A stretch of DNA of 64,000 bases from Patescibacteria group bacterium (GCA_034658815.1 JAYEFY010000048.1:62020-126019), one strand, 5' to 3'; shown: positions 48,507-58,934, numbered from the stretch's first letter. Notes: generated by a model not told the origin, from the letters alone. Numbers and translations are program-made.

Positions 48507-49460
48507 TTGCAACGTATTATGGGGTTTATTAAATCACTTAAACAAGATAGCAAAGAATTTGGAATAGCTATTTGGAAATTGCCGGATTTTATCTTTGTAG
48601 CAATGGGTTTGGCAAACATTGTTGTCATGGTCACTACTTATTTTTGGGCATCCGGGTCGGTTAACGATCCTCGAGAAGCTGTACTTTTAGTAGCAGCTGA
48701 ATCAGTGGTTATTTTGATAATCAGTAATGTATTTGTAGAGTCCGCCAAGCGGATCATTGAAATAAACAAACTCAAAAAAGAATTTGTTCAAATAATTTCG
48801 CATCAAATACGTTCGCCGTTAACAGTGATGAAATGGCAAATCGAAATTCTTCAACAGAGCTGTGAAAAGAACTTTACTGAAAAACAAAGGGGGTACGTTA
48901 ATAGAATATTTGAAGAAAATGAGCGGGTCATGGAGATGATCAACGATATTCTCAATATGGCAAGGGTTGAAAAACAATCTGAAGACATGGCTGTTTCCGA
49001 AGTTGTAATTGAGGATTCAATTAAAGAGTGCATTCATATGCTTAGCAGTTTTGCCAAATTCAAGAAAATTCAAATAAATTTTCAAAATGGCAATAAGTCC
49101 CATATTATAGCAGCCGATAGTGAAAAATTAAAAATAGCAGTGGTTAATTTGCTTGAGAACGCAATAAGCTACAGTCTTCGTAACAGCCAAGTCATTATTA
49201 GTGTTAAAGAATCAGGAAATAAAGCTGAAATTATGATAAAAGATAGCGGCATTGGCATAAACAAGAAAGAACAGGAGCTGATATTCCATAAATTTTACCG
49301 TGGAGAAGGAGGAAAAAAGGCTCAACCCAAAGGCACCGGACTCGGATTGTTTATGGTAAAAAAGGTGGTTGAACAAATGAACGGAAAAATTAGATGTAAA
49401 TCAAAAATAAATAAAGGAACAGAATTCTATATTATTTTTCCACTCGCACGTATTATTTAA
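48507..49460 (+). CDS. sensor histidine kinase (HisKA + HATPase_c)
   Basis: 2 TM segments. H-box ISHQIRSPL, N-box LLENAISYS, DSGIGI (G1), GTGLGL (G2). Confidence 0.85.
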   Translation: MQRIMGFIKSLKQDSKEFGIAIWKLPDFIFVAMGLANIVVMVTTYFWASGSVNDPREAVLLVAAESVVILIISNVFVESAKRIIEINKLKKEFVQIISHQIRSPLTVMKWQIEILQQSCEKNFTEKQRGYVNRIFEENERVMEMINDILNMARVEKQSEDMAVSEVVIEDSIKECIHMLSSFAKFKKIQINFQNGNKSHIIAADSEKLKIAVVNLLENAISYSLRNSQVIISVKESGNKAEIMIKDSGIGINKKEQELIFHKFYRGEGGKKAQPKGTGLGLFMVKKVVEQMNGKIRCKSKINKGTEFYIIFPLARII

Positions 49461-49543
49461 AGTATGATATAATAGAACTGTTTCCATAATATCAAGGTGT
49501 TGAATAAGCTAAATTATTTTTTAAATTTCTAACGCCAATTGCC

Positions 49544-49927
49544 ATGGATAAAAAAACGATTCTTATCATTGAAGATGAGCAAGGAATGAGAGACACGCTT
49601 AAAGAATCCATCGAGAATGCGGGGTATCAAACAATTATTGCCGGAGATGGCGAAAAAGGGATCAAACTTGCCAAACAGTACAATTGCGATCTTATTTTAC
49701 TTGATATCATTCTTCCAAAGAAAGACGGATTTGAAGTTCTTCGCGAGCTTAAGATGGATGAAAAAATGAAAGATCTGCCGATTGTTCTAATAACTAATCT
49801 CAGTGAGCCGAGCGATATTCAAAAAGCGCTTGATCTTGGCGCTACAACCTACCTTGTAAAATCAAGCTATTCACTGGCTGATATTGTTGAAAAGATCAAT
49901 AATATTTTAGAGGAACAGAAAAATTAA
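49544..49927 (+). CDS. stand-alone response regulator receiver domain (CheY-like)
   Basis: LIIEDE, DLILLDIILPKKDGFEVL (phospho-Asp), LVKS. 127 aa with no output domain. Confidence 0.85.
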   Translation: MDKKTILIIEDEQGMRDTLKESIENAGYQTIIAGDGEKGIKLAKQYNCDLILLDIILPKKDGFEVLRELKMDEKMKDLPIVLITNLSEPSDIQKALDLGATTYLVKSSYSLADIVEKINNILEEQKN

Positions 49928-49959
49928 AATATTCAAACAGTCCCATAACATAAACATGT

Positions 49960-51702
49960 ATGAAAGTCGATTCAAAACAACTTCGCGAATTTTTGCTCGA
50001 TTCCGGCCTCATTAGCAAAGAAATTGCTGATGAGGCAGTAAAAAAGGCAAATGCAGGGGGAAATGATCTGGGAAGTGTTCTCTTAGACATGAAGGCGATC
50101 GGCGAAGACGATCTACGGAAAATGTACGCCTATATATTAGGCATACCCTATGTCAGTTTGGAAAAAAAACGGATATCAAAAGACATATTACAATTAATTC
50201 CGGAGCCAATTGCCAGCAAGAATAACATTATTGCTTTCCAAAAAGATGGACAGGAGCTGCGCGTGGCAATGCTCAATCCTGATGATATTCAAACAATTGA
50301 TTTTATTAGAAAAAAAACCGGACTTAAAATTTTAGCTTGCCTTACTTCAAAAAACAGCATCGACACTGTTTTGAAACAGTATAAAAAAAGTCTTCAAGCG
50401 GAATTTGGAGATATTATAAATAAAAGCAGTGAAGAGGCTTCAAGCGATGAAAATCTTGAAAAAATAGCGCAAGATCTTCCAATAATTAAAATTGTTGATA
50501 CCTTGCTTGAACACGCAATTCTTCAACTGGCATCCGATATACATATTGAACCCGATGAAAACGAAGTACATATCCGTTATAGAATAGATGGGATACTGCA
50601 TGATGCGATGACATTGCCTAAGCAAGTTTTACCGGGAATTGTCGCTCGCGTGAAAGTTCTCTCAAACCTTAAACTTGATGAACATCGCGTTCCTCAAGAC
50701 GGAAGATTCAAAATTGAGGAGAATGACAAAAAAATATCATTTCGTGTTTCGATCTTGCCTGTGTTTAACGGAGAAAAGATCGTGATGCGCGTTCTTGATG
50801 AATCATCAAAAGGACTAACGCTGGAAGATATAGGTTTGCGAGGCCGCTCGCTGGAACACGTTCATTCTGTAATAAAAAGGCCAAACGGAATGATCCTGGT
50901 AACCGGTCCAACAGGGAGCGGAAAGACCACAACTTTATATACAACAATGGATATCTTAAATACTCCCGAAGTAAATATTTCAACGATCGAAGATCCAATC
51001 GAATATCGAATGCCAAGAATCAATCAAACACAGGTTAAGTCGAGTGTTGGCATGACATTTGCAAAAGGCCTAAGAGCTCTTTTGCGCCAAGATCCGGATA
51101 TTATTATGATTGGCGAGATTCGAGATGCAGAAACAATGAATATTGCGCTCAATGCGGCCATGACCGGTCATCTTGTACTTTCAACTTTACACACAAACTC
51201 TGCAGCGGCAACAATTCCGCGAATGCTTGATATGAAAGCGGAGGCATTTCTCGTTGCTTCGATAGTTAACGTTATTATTGCGCAGCGTTTAGTGCGAAAG
51301 ATATGTCCTGATTGCAAAACAAAATATTCGCTTGATGAAAATCAGATTGAAAAACTAAGCAAAATGGTCGATTTTAAAAGAATTCTCAAACAACTTGGCA
51401 AATTGAAAGATGCTGAAACGAAAGAAATTCTCCAAATGAATAGTCTTAAGGAAGCGGTTTTCTATAAGGGGAAAGGATGCGAAAGATGTAATAATGAAGG
51501 GTACAAAGGAAGACTTGGAATTTTTGAAGTTCTTGAAGTTTCAGAAGCAATACAGAAACTCATAATTGGCAATGCTACTGCAGCCGAGATAAACAATACG
51601 GCAAGAGAAGAAGGAATGTTTTCTATGTTTGAAGATGGAATTATTAAGGTGTTGCAGGGCACTACAACAATTGAAGAAGTGCTGAGAGTTACAAAGGAAT
51701 AA
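49960..51702 (+). CDS. pilB: type IV pilus assembly ATPase PilB (GspE family)
   Basis: N-terminal T2SSE_N domain, Walker A GPTGSGKTTTLY, His box LVLSTLHTN, tetracysteine CPDC...CERC. Confidence 0.9.
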   Translation: MKVDSKQLREFLLDSGLISKEIADEAVKKANAGGNDLGSVLLDMKAIGEDDLRKMYAYILGIPYVSLEKKRISKDILQLIPEPIASKNNIIAFQKDGQELRVAMLNPDDIQTIDFIRKKTGLKILACLTSKNSIDTVLKQYKKSLQAEFGDIINKSSEEASSDENLEKIAQDLPIIKIVDTLLEHAILQLASDIHIEPDENEVHIRYRIDGILHDAMTLPKQVLPGIVARVKVLSNLKLDEHRVPQDGRFKIEENDKKISFRVSILPVFNGEKIVMRVLDESSKGLTLEDIGLRGRSLEHVHSVIKRPNGMILVTGPTGSGKTTTLYTTMDILNTPEVNISTIEDPIEYRMPRINQTQVKSSVGMTFAKGLRALLRQDPDIIMIGEIRDAETMNIALNAAMTGHLVLSTLHTNSAAATIPRMLDMKAEAFLVASIVNVIIAQRLVRKICPDCKTKYSLDENQIEKLSKMVDFKRILKQLGKLKDAETKEILQMNSLKEAVFYKGKGCERCNNEGYKGRLGIFEVLEVSEAIQKLIIGNATAAEINNTAREEGMFSMFEDGIIKVLQGTTTIEEVLRVTKE

Positions 51703-51752
51703 TAAGAAACTGCTGCCAAATTAACTCCTATCAAAAATTGTTAATTTTATTT

Positions 51753-51805
51753 ACCAAGCTGTTCACGAATAGCAGGCATGGCAGGTAGGAAGCTAGCTTG
51801 ATAAC
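51753..51805 (+). repeat. GC-rich modular intergenic repeat, family 2 short copy (upstream of pilC)
   Basis: ccaagct...agcaggcatggcaggtaggaagctagcttgataac. Contains the perfect palindrome AAGCTAGCTT. Ends 13 nt before the ATG at 51819. Confidence 0.4.
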
Positions 51806-51818
51806 AATCCCAATATTT

Positions 51819-53033
51819 ATGGCAAAATTTAGTTATACTGCCAGAAACAAGGCTGGTAAAATACTGAAAGGTAAAATGGATGCCTCTAATCAGCGAGAAG
51901 TCGCTGAAACATTAAAAAAAGACGGATTTTGGTTGACCGGTGTGCGTGAAATTAAACGAAAGAAAAAGGTCGGATCGTCTTTTATGGATAGGTTTGCAAA
52001 AGTTCCGCTTAAAAATAGAATGATCTTTTGCCGGCATTTGGCTGTAATGATCGGTTCGGGACTCACACTCTCTAAGGCATTAACGATCCTCTCTGTTCAA
52101 GAAAAAAATAAAGTATTGAAAACTGTGTGCGGTAAGTTGGCTGCCGATGTTAAAAGAGGAATATCATTTGCCGATGCTCTTGAAAAATTTCCAAATGTGT
52201 TTAACTCAATCTTTTTTTCCATGGTTAGAATGGGAGAAGTGAGCGGTAGCTTAGAAGAGGTTTTAAATATATTGTCTAACCAGCTGGAAAAAGACCATAA
52301 ACTGCTATCTAAAATTAGAGGTGCAATGGTTTATCCGGCTATTATCATTATTGTCATGTTTGTGATCGGAATTCTGATGATGACATTCGTACTTCCAAAG
52401 ATCACTAAAATTTTCGAAGATTTTGATGCCGAACTGCCCATTATGACACAAATTATAATTAGTACAAGTCATTTTATGGCTGACAACTCTTGGAAAGTGG
52501 TTGGAGGAATGGTGATTACCATTATTGGAATTTGTTTTTTTATGAAGACAGCGATTGGAATAAGAATTTTTCACAAATTCTATATCAAAGTCCCGATTTT
52601 TGGATCAATAGTGGTTAAAGTTAACAGCGCTCGTTTTTCAAGGATATTAAGTTCTCTTTTAAAAAGCGGCACCTCGCTTGTTGACTCGCTGCGCATTACA
52701 TCAGAAACACTTGGCAACTATTATTTCAAACGCGCAGTACTACAAGCGTCTAAGGAGGTGCAGAAAGGAGTAACCTTGTCCAGTATTTTAGAAAGGCACA
52801 ATAATATATTTCCCTATCTTGTTGTTCAAATGATCGGGGTTGGTGAAGAGACAGGGAAAACCGATGCTGTGCTGTTAAAACTTGCTCAATTTTATGAAGA
52901 TGAAGTTGATCAAATAACTAAGAATCTCTCTTCAATTATCGAACCGGTTCTAATGGTAATAATCGGTGCGGCTGTTGGATTTTTTGCAATATCAATTATT
53001 TCTCCAATTTACTCAATTATGGATAGCATGTAA
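51819..53033 (+). CDS. pilC: type IV pilus inner-membrane platform protein PilC (GspF family)
   Basis: Two GspF repeats, 3 TM segments. Start moved to the ATG at 51819 (the track start at 51798 is a TTG inside the repeat). Confidence 0.85.
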   Translation: MAKFSYTARNKAGKILKGKMDASNQREVAETLKKDGFWLTGVREIKRKKKVGSSFMDRFAKVPLKNRMIFCRHLAVMIGSGLTLSKALTILSVQEKNKVLKTVCGKLAADVKRGISFADALEKFPNVFNSIFFSMVRMGEVSGSLEEVLNILSNQLEKDHKLLSKIRGAMVYPAIIIIVMFVIGILMMTFVLPKITKIFEDFDAELPIMTQIIISTSHFMADNSWKVVGGMVITIIGICFFMKTAIGIRIFHKFYIKVPIFGSIVVKVNSARFSRILSSLLKSGTSLVDSLRITSETLGNYYFKRAVLQASKEVQKGVTLSSILERHNNIFPYLVVQMIGVGEETGKTDAVLLKLAQFYEDEVDQITKNLSSIIEPVLMVIIGAAVGFFAISIISPIYSIMDSM

Positions 53034-53044
53034 ATATAGGAATT

Positions 53045-53092
53045 GTTTCCAAACCAGTTTCCCTGTTTAGGCGGGATTAGGAAATTTTCCCC
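53045..53092 (-). repeat. GC-rich modular intergenic repeat, family 2 short copy, inverted orientation
   Basis: The reverse complement reads gaaaatttcctaatcccgcctaaacagggaaactggtttggaaac, matching both termini of the 34120-34250 copy. Confidence 0.45.
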
Positions 53093-53382
53093 AATGACGA
53101 CGATCAACCTGTTTCTTCGGCGGGAGTGAGCAAGATCTTTGTCCGCCCGTATTAGCGGCACGTTTGGGCAGGCTGTCCTAGAAAAGAATTTATCCACGCA
53201 TTCATTAATAGGCTCATACTCATGCTCATGGTCTTTTCTGTTTTGCCCGGTCTGCCGCTAGGTCGGACAGGTAGGTGTAGGGGAAAGGGCGGATGAAATT
53301 GCAAGAATAATATAAGTCCGATCCAATCAATGGTAGAAATAAGTTTTCCGCGGCAATCAAGACTCAAAATTGAAGACTATGC

Positions 53383-53410
53383 TTGACGTAAACAATTTTT
53401 CGTGTAGAAT
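53383..53410 (+). promoter_or_regulatory. sigma70-like promoter TTGACG-16-TAGAAT upstream of rpsA
   Basis: Near-consensus hexamers. Transcript would carry a ~100-nt leader containing a gcatat-gggcta-atatgc hairpin followed by a T7 run. Confidence 0.5.
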
Positions 53411-53519
53411 GGCTTACAGAAAGAAGTCGATACTTATTAGACTTTTTAATTATTAACCACAATGTAAGCACTAAGGCATGCATATGGGCTAATATGCAGC
53501 TTTTTTTGTTAATACTATT

Positions 53520-55037
53520 ATGAGCAAAAATATTTCTGATATTACACAGGAAATTGATGATGTGCTTGAAATGAGCGCATCGGCAAAAAAATCTTTAAAG
53601 AGCAATAAAAATAGTTCTCTAATGAAACAGCTTCTTGAAGATCATCCTATGAAGATGCTGCAAGTCGGTGAAAAAATAGAAGGGCTTGTTGTAGGAATTG
53701 ATTCCAAAGCATTATATATCGATCTTGAATTATTCGGTTCGGGCATTGTCTACGGCAAAGAAATTAAAGATGGCTTTGGGGCAAACAGAAAAAAACTTGA
53801 AATTGGCGATAAAGTTGTGGCTGTTATACAAGATCTTGAAAATGAAGATGGCTATGTCGAGTTATCGATTCGTGAAGCTGTTCTTGAGGAAGTATGGAAG
53901 GATCTTATCCAAAAGAAAGATAGCCGTGAACCGGTTGATACAAAGATTCTTGATGCAAATAAAGGCGGTCTTATGGTTGAAATTAATGGTGTAACGGGAT
54001 TTATGCCCGTAAGCCAGTTGACATCGGAACATTATCCTCGCGTTGAAGACGGGGATAAAAATAAAATTCTTGAGATCTTAAGGACTTATATCGGTACCGA
54101 AATGTCGGTAAGTGTTTTAGATGTTGATCAACAGGAAGACAAACTTATTGTTTCTGAAAAAGAGGCAAATCGTGACAAGGAAAAAACAGCGATTTCCGAG
54201 CTTAAGGTCGGAAATATAATTGAAGGAGACGTGAGCGGGGTTGTTGACTTTGGCGCGTTTGTCAAATTTTTTCCGCCTTCAAAAAAAGGTTCAATGAGAG
54301 AAGAAGATAAACTCGAAGGACTTGTGCATATATCACAACTTGATTGGCAGTTAATTGATGATCCGCGAAAAATTATTAAAGTTGGTGATAGGATCAAAGC
54401 AAAAATTATCTCCATTGATGACACGAGAATTTCACTATCTGTTAGAGATCTCAAGAAAGATCCTTGGGTTGCAGCCAATGAAAAATATGGCAAGGACGAT
54501 ATCGTCAAAGGAAAAGTGCACAAAATCAACCATTTCGGAGCATTTGTATATCTTGATAACGACATTCATGGACTGGCCCATGTTAGCGGTTTTGAAGCAT
54601 ATCCGCAGAAAGGCATAGACGAAATTGTTAAAATAGGTGAGGAATACATGTGGCAAATTATGTCGATAGAGCCAAGCGAGCACCGTATGGGGCTTAAATA
54701 TGCTGGTGAAACCGAAAAAGTGAAGCCCTCTAAAGTTGGCGAACGAAAGGAGATCAGAGAGCCGGGAAATAAAAAAGAAGATAAAAAGAATTTTAAGAAC
54801 AGGAAGAAGAAAGAAGACAAAAAAGAAATGAGAAAAAGCGTGAAAAATGGAGGAGAGCCGAAGGATAAAAAGGAAGAGAGAAAGAAGAAAAAAGACGATG
54901 ATAAAAATGGCAAGAAGAAAAAACGAGACGGTAAGAAAGAATCGGATAAGAAAAAAGAGCCGAAAGATAAGAATGGCGGCGAGAAAAAAGAAAAGAAGGA
55001 TAAAAAGATAAAAACCGATAATAAAAGTCTGTCTTAA
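53520..55037 (+). CDS. rpsA: 30S ribosomal protein S1 (four S1 domains) with K/E-rich tail
   Basis: Repeated S1 OB-fold domains (G..V.G.V......GAFV.), ~120-aa Lys/Glu/Asp-rich C-terminus. Confidence 0.85.
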   Translation: MSKNISDITQEIDDVLEMSASAKKSLKSNKNSSLMKQLLEDHPMKMLQVGEKIEGLVVGIDSKALYIDLELFGSGIVYGKEIKDGFGANRKKLEIGDKVVAVIQDLENEDGYVELSIREAVLEEVWKDLIQKKDSREPVDTKILDANKGGLMVEINGVTGFMPVSQLTSEHYPRVEDGDKNKILEILRTYIGTEMSVSVLDVDQQEDKLIVSEKEANRDKEKTAISELKVGNIIEGDVSGVVDFGAFVKFFPPSKKGSMREEDKLEGLVHISQLDWQLIDDPRKIIKVGDRIKAKIISIDDTRISLSVRDLKKDPWVAANEKYGKDDIVKGKVHKINHFGAFVYLDNDIHGLAHVSGFEAYPQKGIDEIVKIGEEYMWQIMSIEPSEHRMGLKYAGETEKVKPSKVGERKEIREPGNKKEDKKNFKNRKKKEDKKEMRKSVKNGGEPKDKKEERKKKKDDDKNGKKKKRDGKKESDKKKEPKDKNGGEKKEKKDKKIKTDNKSLS

Positions 55038-55153
55038 AAGTCCACGCTCTACTGCAAATTCCAGATTCCGGCTGTTCCGAGTGCTCACTCAGGATTTATC
55101 ACTCGTCCCATCACTCGCGAACGATGGAACTCGCTCGCCGCGGCGAGTACTCC

Positions 55154-55225
55154 GCATATGCTTCCTTGTGCTTCATCCCGCCTCGGCGGGATCGCGGCGA
55201 AAGAAATTTTCAAAACAGGCTTTTA
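55154..55225 (+). repeat. structured intergenic element, family 1 partial/degenerate copy D (3' half)
   Basis: gcatatgc...cccgcc-tc-ggcgggatcgcggcgaaagaaattttcaaaacaggctttt aligns with the 3' half of copies A-C. The 5' half is replaced by an unrelated GC-rich hairpin region. Confidence 0.45.
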
Positions 55226-55239
55226 GTAATGACAAAGTG

Positions 55240-55803
55240 ATGATTATTTCATTTAATGGTGATCACGGATCCGGTAAAAGCACTATTGCCAAAATGGTTG
55301 CTGAAAAACTTGATTATCCCCGATATTATGCCGGGCAGATCTTTCGTGATATGGCAGAGAAAAATAAAATGTCTCTTGTGGAATATCTAAAGTTGGGTGA
55401 AAAGGACGCCTCGATTGATAAAAATGTTGATGATCATATCATGGAACTTGCGAAAAAAGAGAAAGATTTTGTTGTTGAAAGCCGAACGGCATGGCATTTT
55501 ATCCCAAACTCACTGAAAATTTTTTTAAAAGTTGACGAAGAAGAAGGCGCTCAAAGAATGTTAAAGCATTTGAAAAAATCGAATGCCAGGAGCAATGAGG
55601 ATAAAGGCGTGCAGACAATACAAGATGTGATCGCGAGCAATAGAAGAAGAAAAGAGTCAGACGAAAAAAGGTACAAAAAATATTATAGTATTGATGGCGG
55701 TGATGCGGCTAATTATGATTTTGTTTTAGATACGACAAAGTTGGGTATTCAAGAAGTTTTTTTGAAGACGATCAACTTCATTGATAAAAAAATAAAAAGT
55801 TGA
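55240..55803 (+). CDS. cmk: cytidylate kinase, short archaeal-type
   Basis: IISFNGDHGSGKSTIAKMVAEKL P-loop. ...AGQIFRDMAEKNKMSLVEY...IDKNVDDHIMELAKKEKDFVVESR closely parallels archaeal/short Cmk. Start at 55240 (the track ORF begins in the upstream repeat). Confidence 0.75.
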   Translation: MIISFNGDHGSGKSTIAKMVAEKLDYPRYYAGQIFRDMAEKNKMSLVEYLKLGEKDASIDKNVDDHIMELAKKEKDFVVESRTAWHFIPNSLKIFLKVDEEEGAQRMLKHLKKSNARSNEDKGVQTIQDVIASNRRRKESDEKRYKKYYSIDGGDAANYDFVLDTTKLGIQEVFLKTINFIDKKIKS

Positions 55804-55842
55804 TCTTCGCGTGACACTAACTTAACTATTCCAGGCATCTAA

Positions 55843-56826
55843 ATGTCCTTTATTAAAAAAATTCAAAATTTTTCTTTCCATAACAAGCTTTTTTCCAAAG
55901 GAAGCAAGATTATTATTGGAATTTCCGGGGGTCCTGATTCTGTTTGCCTGGCGAGAATTTTTTTAAGTTTAAGAAACAAATGCTCTCTGAAACTGTCGCT
56001 AGTGCACATAAATTATGGTCTGCGAGGCAAGGATTCCATGGAAGACGAAGAATTTGTGAGAAATTTTGCAAACCGGTATTTGTTGAATTTAAGAGTGGTT
56101 GAGTACAAAGATTCTCGAGATACGGAAAATTCCGAGAACGCTTTAAGAAGATTTCGCTACAAAGAGCTCGAAAAAGAAAGAAAGAAAAAGCAGTATGATT
56201 TGATTGCGGTCGGGCACACGCTTGACGACCAAGTAGAAACATTTCTGATGAATATGATGCGCGGAGCGGGACTGGAAGGCCTTGGCGCCATGCGATTTTG
56301 CCGAGGGAATATTGTCCGCCCATTGTCAGCGGCAACAAAAGAAGAGATTATTGGACATCTTGGATGCATCAAACAACCATACAGAATTGACAAAAGTAAC
56401 TTTGACTTGAAGTTTACGAGAAATAAAGTGCGCGCGAAACTTATTCCGTTAATTGAAAAAGAATTTAACCCAAATTTTAAAAAGACAATTTTTTGCTTAA
56501 CAGAAAATATTAGGCGAACAAATAGTGTTGTTGATGAATATTTAGAAACAACGTACAATAGAGTTATCCGGAAGCAAAAAAGGGGACTTTCCGTTGATGT
56601 CAGTTGTTTAAAAGAACTTTCGGATGGGGTTCAAGCGTTATTATTCAGGAAAATCATCAAGTATTTAAAAGGGGATAAGAATAAACTGAACAGCTTGCAC
56701 TTTTTTGAATTTCAAAAAATTATCAAAAGCATAAAGCCAAAGATTCAAAAATGCAAATTTCTGGGAATTGTGATCGAGAAAAGACGTGATAAAATAACAT
56801 TTACACCGCAGAACGATAACTTATAA
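55843..56826 (+). CDS. tilS: tRNA(Ile)-lysidine synthetase
   Basis: PP-loop SGGPDS, N-type ATP pyrophosphatase architecture. Confidence 0.85.
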   Translation: MSFIKKIQNFSFHNKLFSKGSKIIIGISGGPDSVCLARIFLSLRNKCSLKLSLVHINYGLRGKDSMEDEEFVRNFANRYLLNLRVVEYKDSRDTENSENALRRFRYKELEKERKKKQYDLIAVGHTLDDQVETFLMNMMRGAGLEGLGAMRFCRGNIVRPLSAATKEEIIGHLGCIKQPYRIDKSNFDLKFTRNKVRAKLIPLIEKEFNPNFKKTIFCLTENIRRTNSVVDEYLETTYNRVIRKQKRGLSVDVSCLKELSDGVQALLFRKIIKYLKGDKNKLNSLHFFEFQKIIKSIKPKIQKCKFLGIVIEKRRDKITFTPQNDNL

Positions 56827-56840
56827 TTTAAATCTTTTCT

Positions 56841-58781
56841 ATGAAAAAAATTGGAAAAATTATTCTAATTGCCATATTTGTTTTTCTTGTTTTCTCGGGT
56901 CTTGTGACGCTCTATACTGCTGATATTGAAAAAATAGAAAAAGTTGATCTTTCGACCGTTGCGTTACAGATAAATGAAGATAAAGTAAAAAGTATCCAAG
57001 TTTCGGGAAGCAAGCTTGAAATTGAATTGCATGACGGCACGAAAGAGCAATCAAGAAAAGAAGCAGAGTCGTCTCCTACAGAAACGTTTGCCAATCTTGG
57101 AGTGGAAAAAAGCAAACTTCAAAATGTTAAGATCGAGATCAAAGACACATCCGGCGCTGATCTATGGCTGACAGTGATCTTGCCATTTCTTCTGCCGTTC
57201 ATGCTTATAGCATTTTTTATTTGGTTTTTGATGCGTCAAGCGCAACGCGGCAGTAATCAAGCAATGATGTTTGGTTCATCGCGTGCAAAGATGTTAACTC
57301 CAACAAAAAATGGGAAAGACAAAATAACATTTAAAGATATCGCCGGAGCGAAAGAAGCGAAAGAGGAGCTTCATGAAATAGTGGAATTTTTAAGTGATTC
57401 AAAAAAATTCTTTCGGCTTGGCGCGCGCATTCCACGCGGTGTTTTATTACTCGGACCTCCCGGAACAGGGAAAACATTAATGGCAAAAGCGGTTGCCGGA
57501 GAAGCCAACGTTCCGTTTTTTACGATCTCAGGATCAGAGTTTGTTGAAATGTTTGTGGGTGTGGGAGCGTCTCGCGTACGGGATTTGTTCAAACAGGCCA
57601 AGAAAAACGCTCCATCAATCGTGTTTATTGATGAAATTGATGCTGTTGGACGCCATCGCGGCGCCGGACTTGGAGGGGGGCATGATGAACGCGAACAGAC
57701 ATTGAACCAAATACTTGTTGAAATGGATGGTTTTGATACCAACACTAACGTTATTGTAATTGCCGCGACAAACCGGCCTGATATTCTTGATCCGGCGCTG
57801 CTTCGTCCCGGACGATTTGACCGCCGTGTTATTATTGAAAATCCTGATATAGTTGAGCGCGAAGCGATTCTTAAAATTCATATCAAAGGAAAACCGCTAA
57901 AAAAAGATATCAATCTTCGCCAAATTGCGGAACGGACTCCGGGTTTTTCCGGCGCTGATCTGGCAAATCTCGTCAATGAAGCCGCGATTATTGCCGCGCG
58001 AAGAAGTAAAAAAGCGACAGGTATGCAAGAGTTAAGAGAAGCAATCGAAAAAGTACTTCTCGGTCCGGAACGTCGAAGCCACATTTTATCCAAAGAAGAA
58101 AAGAAAATCATCGCTTACCACGAAGCCGGACACGCGTTGGCTGCGACGTTATTTCCAAAGGCGGATCCAGTACAAAAAGTATCGATCATTTCACGCGGAC
58201 ATGCCGCCGGTTATACGCTTAATGTTCCGAAAAGTGACAGATCTCTCCACTTTCGCTCCTATTACCTTGATCAAATTTCCGTTTTGCTGGCGGGATATGT
58301 AGCCGAAGAAATGATCTTTGGAGAAGTAACAACCGGCGCGTCGAATGATCTTGAAAAAGCTACGGAAATCTCACGAAAACTTGTCACAAGATTCGGTATG
58401 AGTAAATTGGGTCCAATGACATTTGGCAAAAGCGAAGAAATGATATTTTTGGGGAAAGAAATTCATGAGCAGAAAAATTATTCGGAAAAAACAGCGGAAG
58501 AGATTGATGAACAAGCAAGCAATCTTATAAAGAACGCGCATGATCGAGCCAGCAAGGCGCTTGCCGAGAACAAGGATACTTTGAAACGAATAGTCCGGGC
58601 GCTTATTAAAAAAGAAACGCTTGAAAAGGAGGAATTTGATAAGATTATAGCAGGTGAAGAGGTGGAAAATGATGTTGAAAGCGGCCAGGAAAAGCAAAAA
58701 GAGAATGGCAGTAAAAATAATAAGGAAATGAAAGAAATGAAAGAAATGAAGGAAGTGAAAGAAAGGAAAGGAAGCAAGTGA
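56841..58781 (+). CDS. ftsH: ATP-dependent zinc metalloprotease FtsH
   Basis: 2 TM segments, AAA Walker [18 protein letters not shown] zinc motif. C-terminal [14 protein letters not shown] repeat. Confidence 0.9.
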   Translation: MKKIGKIILIAIFVFLVFSGLVTLYTADIEKIEKVDLSTVALQINEDKVKSIQVSGSKLEIELHDGTKEQSRKEAESSPTETFANLGVEKSKLQNVKIEIKDTSGADLWLTVILPFLLPFMLIAFFIWFLMRQAQRGSNQAMMFGSSRAKMLTPTKNGKDKITFKDIAGAKEAKEELHEIVEFLSDSKKFFRLGARIPRGVLLLGPPGTGKTLMAKAVAGEANVPFFTISGSEFVEMFVGVGASRVRDLFKQAKKNAPSIVFIDEIDAVGRHRGAGLGGGHDEREQTLNQILVEMDGFDTNTNVIVIAATNRPDILDPALLRPGRFDRRVIIENPDIVEREAILKIHIKGKPLKKDINLRQIAERTPGFSGADLANLVNEAAIIAARRSKKATGMQELREAIEKVLLGPERRSHILSKEEKKIIAYHEAGHALAATLFPKADPVQKVSIISRGHAAGYTLNVPKSDRSLHFRSYYLDQISVLLAGYVAEEMIFGEVTTGASNDLEKATEISRKLVTRFGMSKLGPMTFGKSEEMIFLGKEIHEQKNYSEKTAEEIDEQASNLIKNAHDRASKALAENKDTLKRIVRALIKKETLEKEEFDKIIAGEEVENDVESGQEKQKENGSKNNKEMKEMKEMKEVKERKGSK

Positions 58782-58934
58782 ACTCGTCATACCCCGTTTA
58801 TTCTGTAGAATAGAAATGTTTTGTTATACTGGGAATAGTCTTGTATTACACGATAAGTCTAATAAGTAAATTATATACGACTATTACACATGGTAGCATT
58901 CTGCGCTACAGCGTGTAGTTTTTGTTTTTAAGGG

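Noticed and set aside
53095-53340. RNase P / SRP / tmRNA in the GC-rich spacer before rpsA
   Set aside because: Conserved cores (GGUGCGGUAAGAGCGCACC, AGGUCAGGUCCGGAAGGAAGCAGCC, tmRNA T-arm) are absent on both strands. Kept only as a generic ncRNA candidate.
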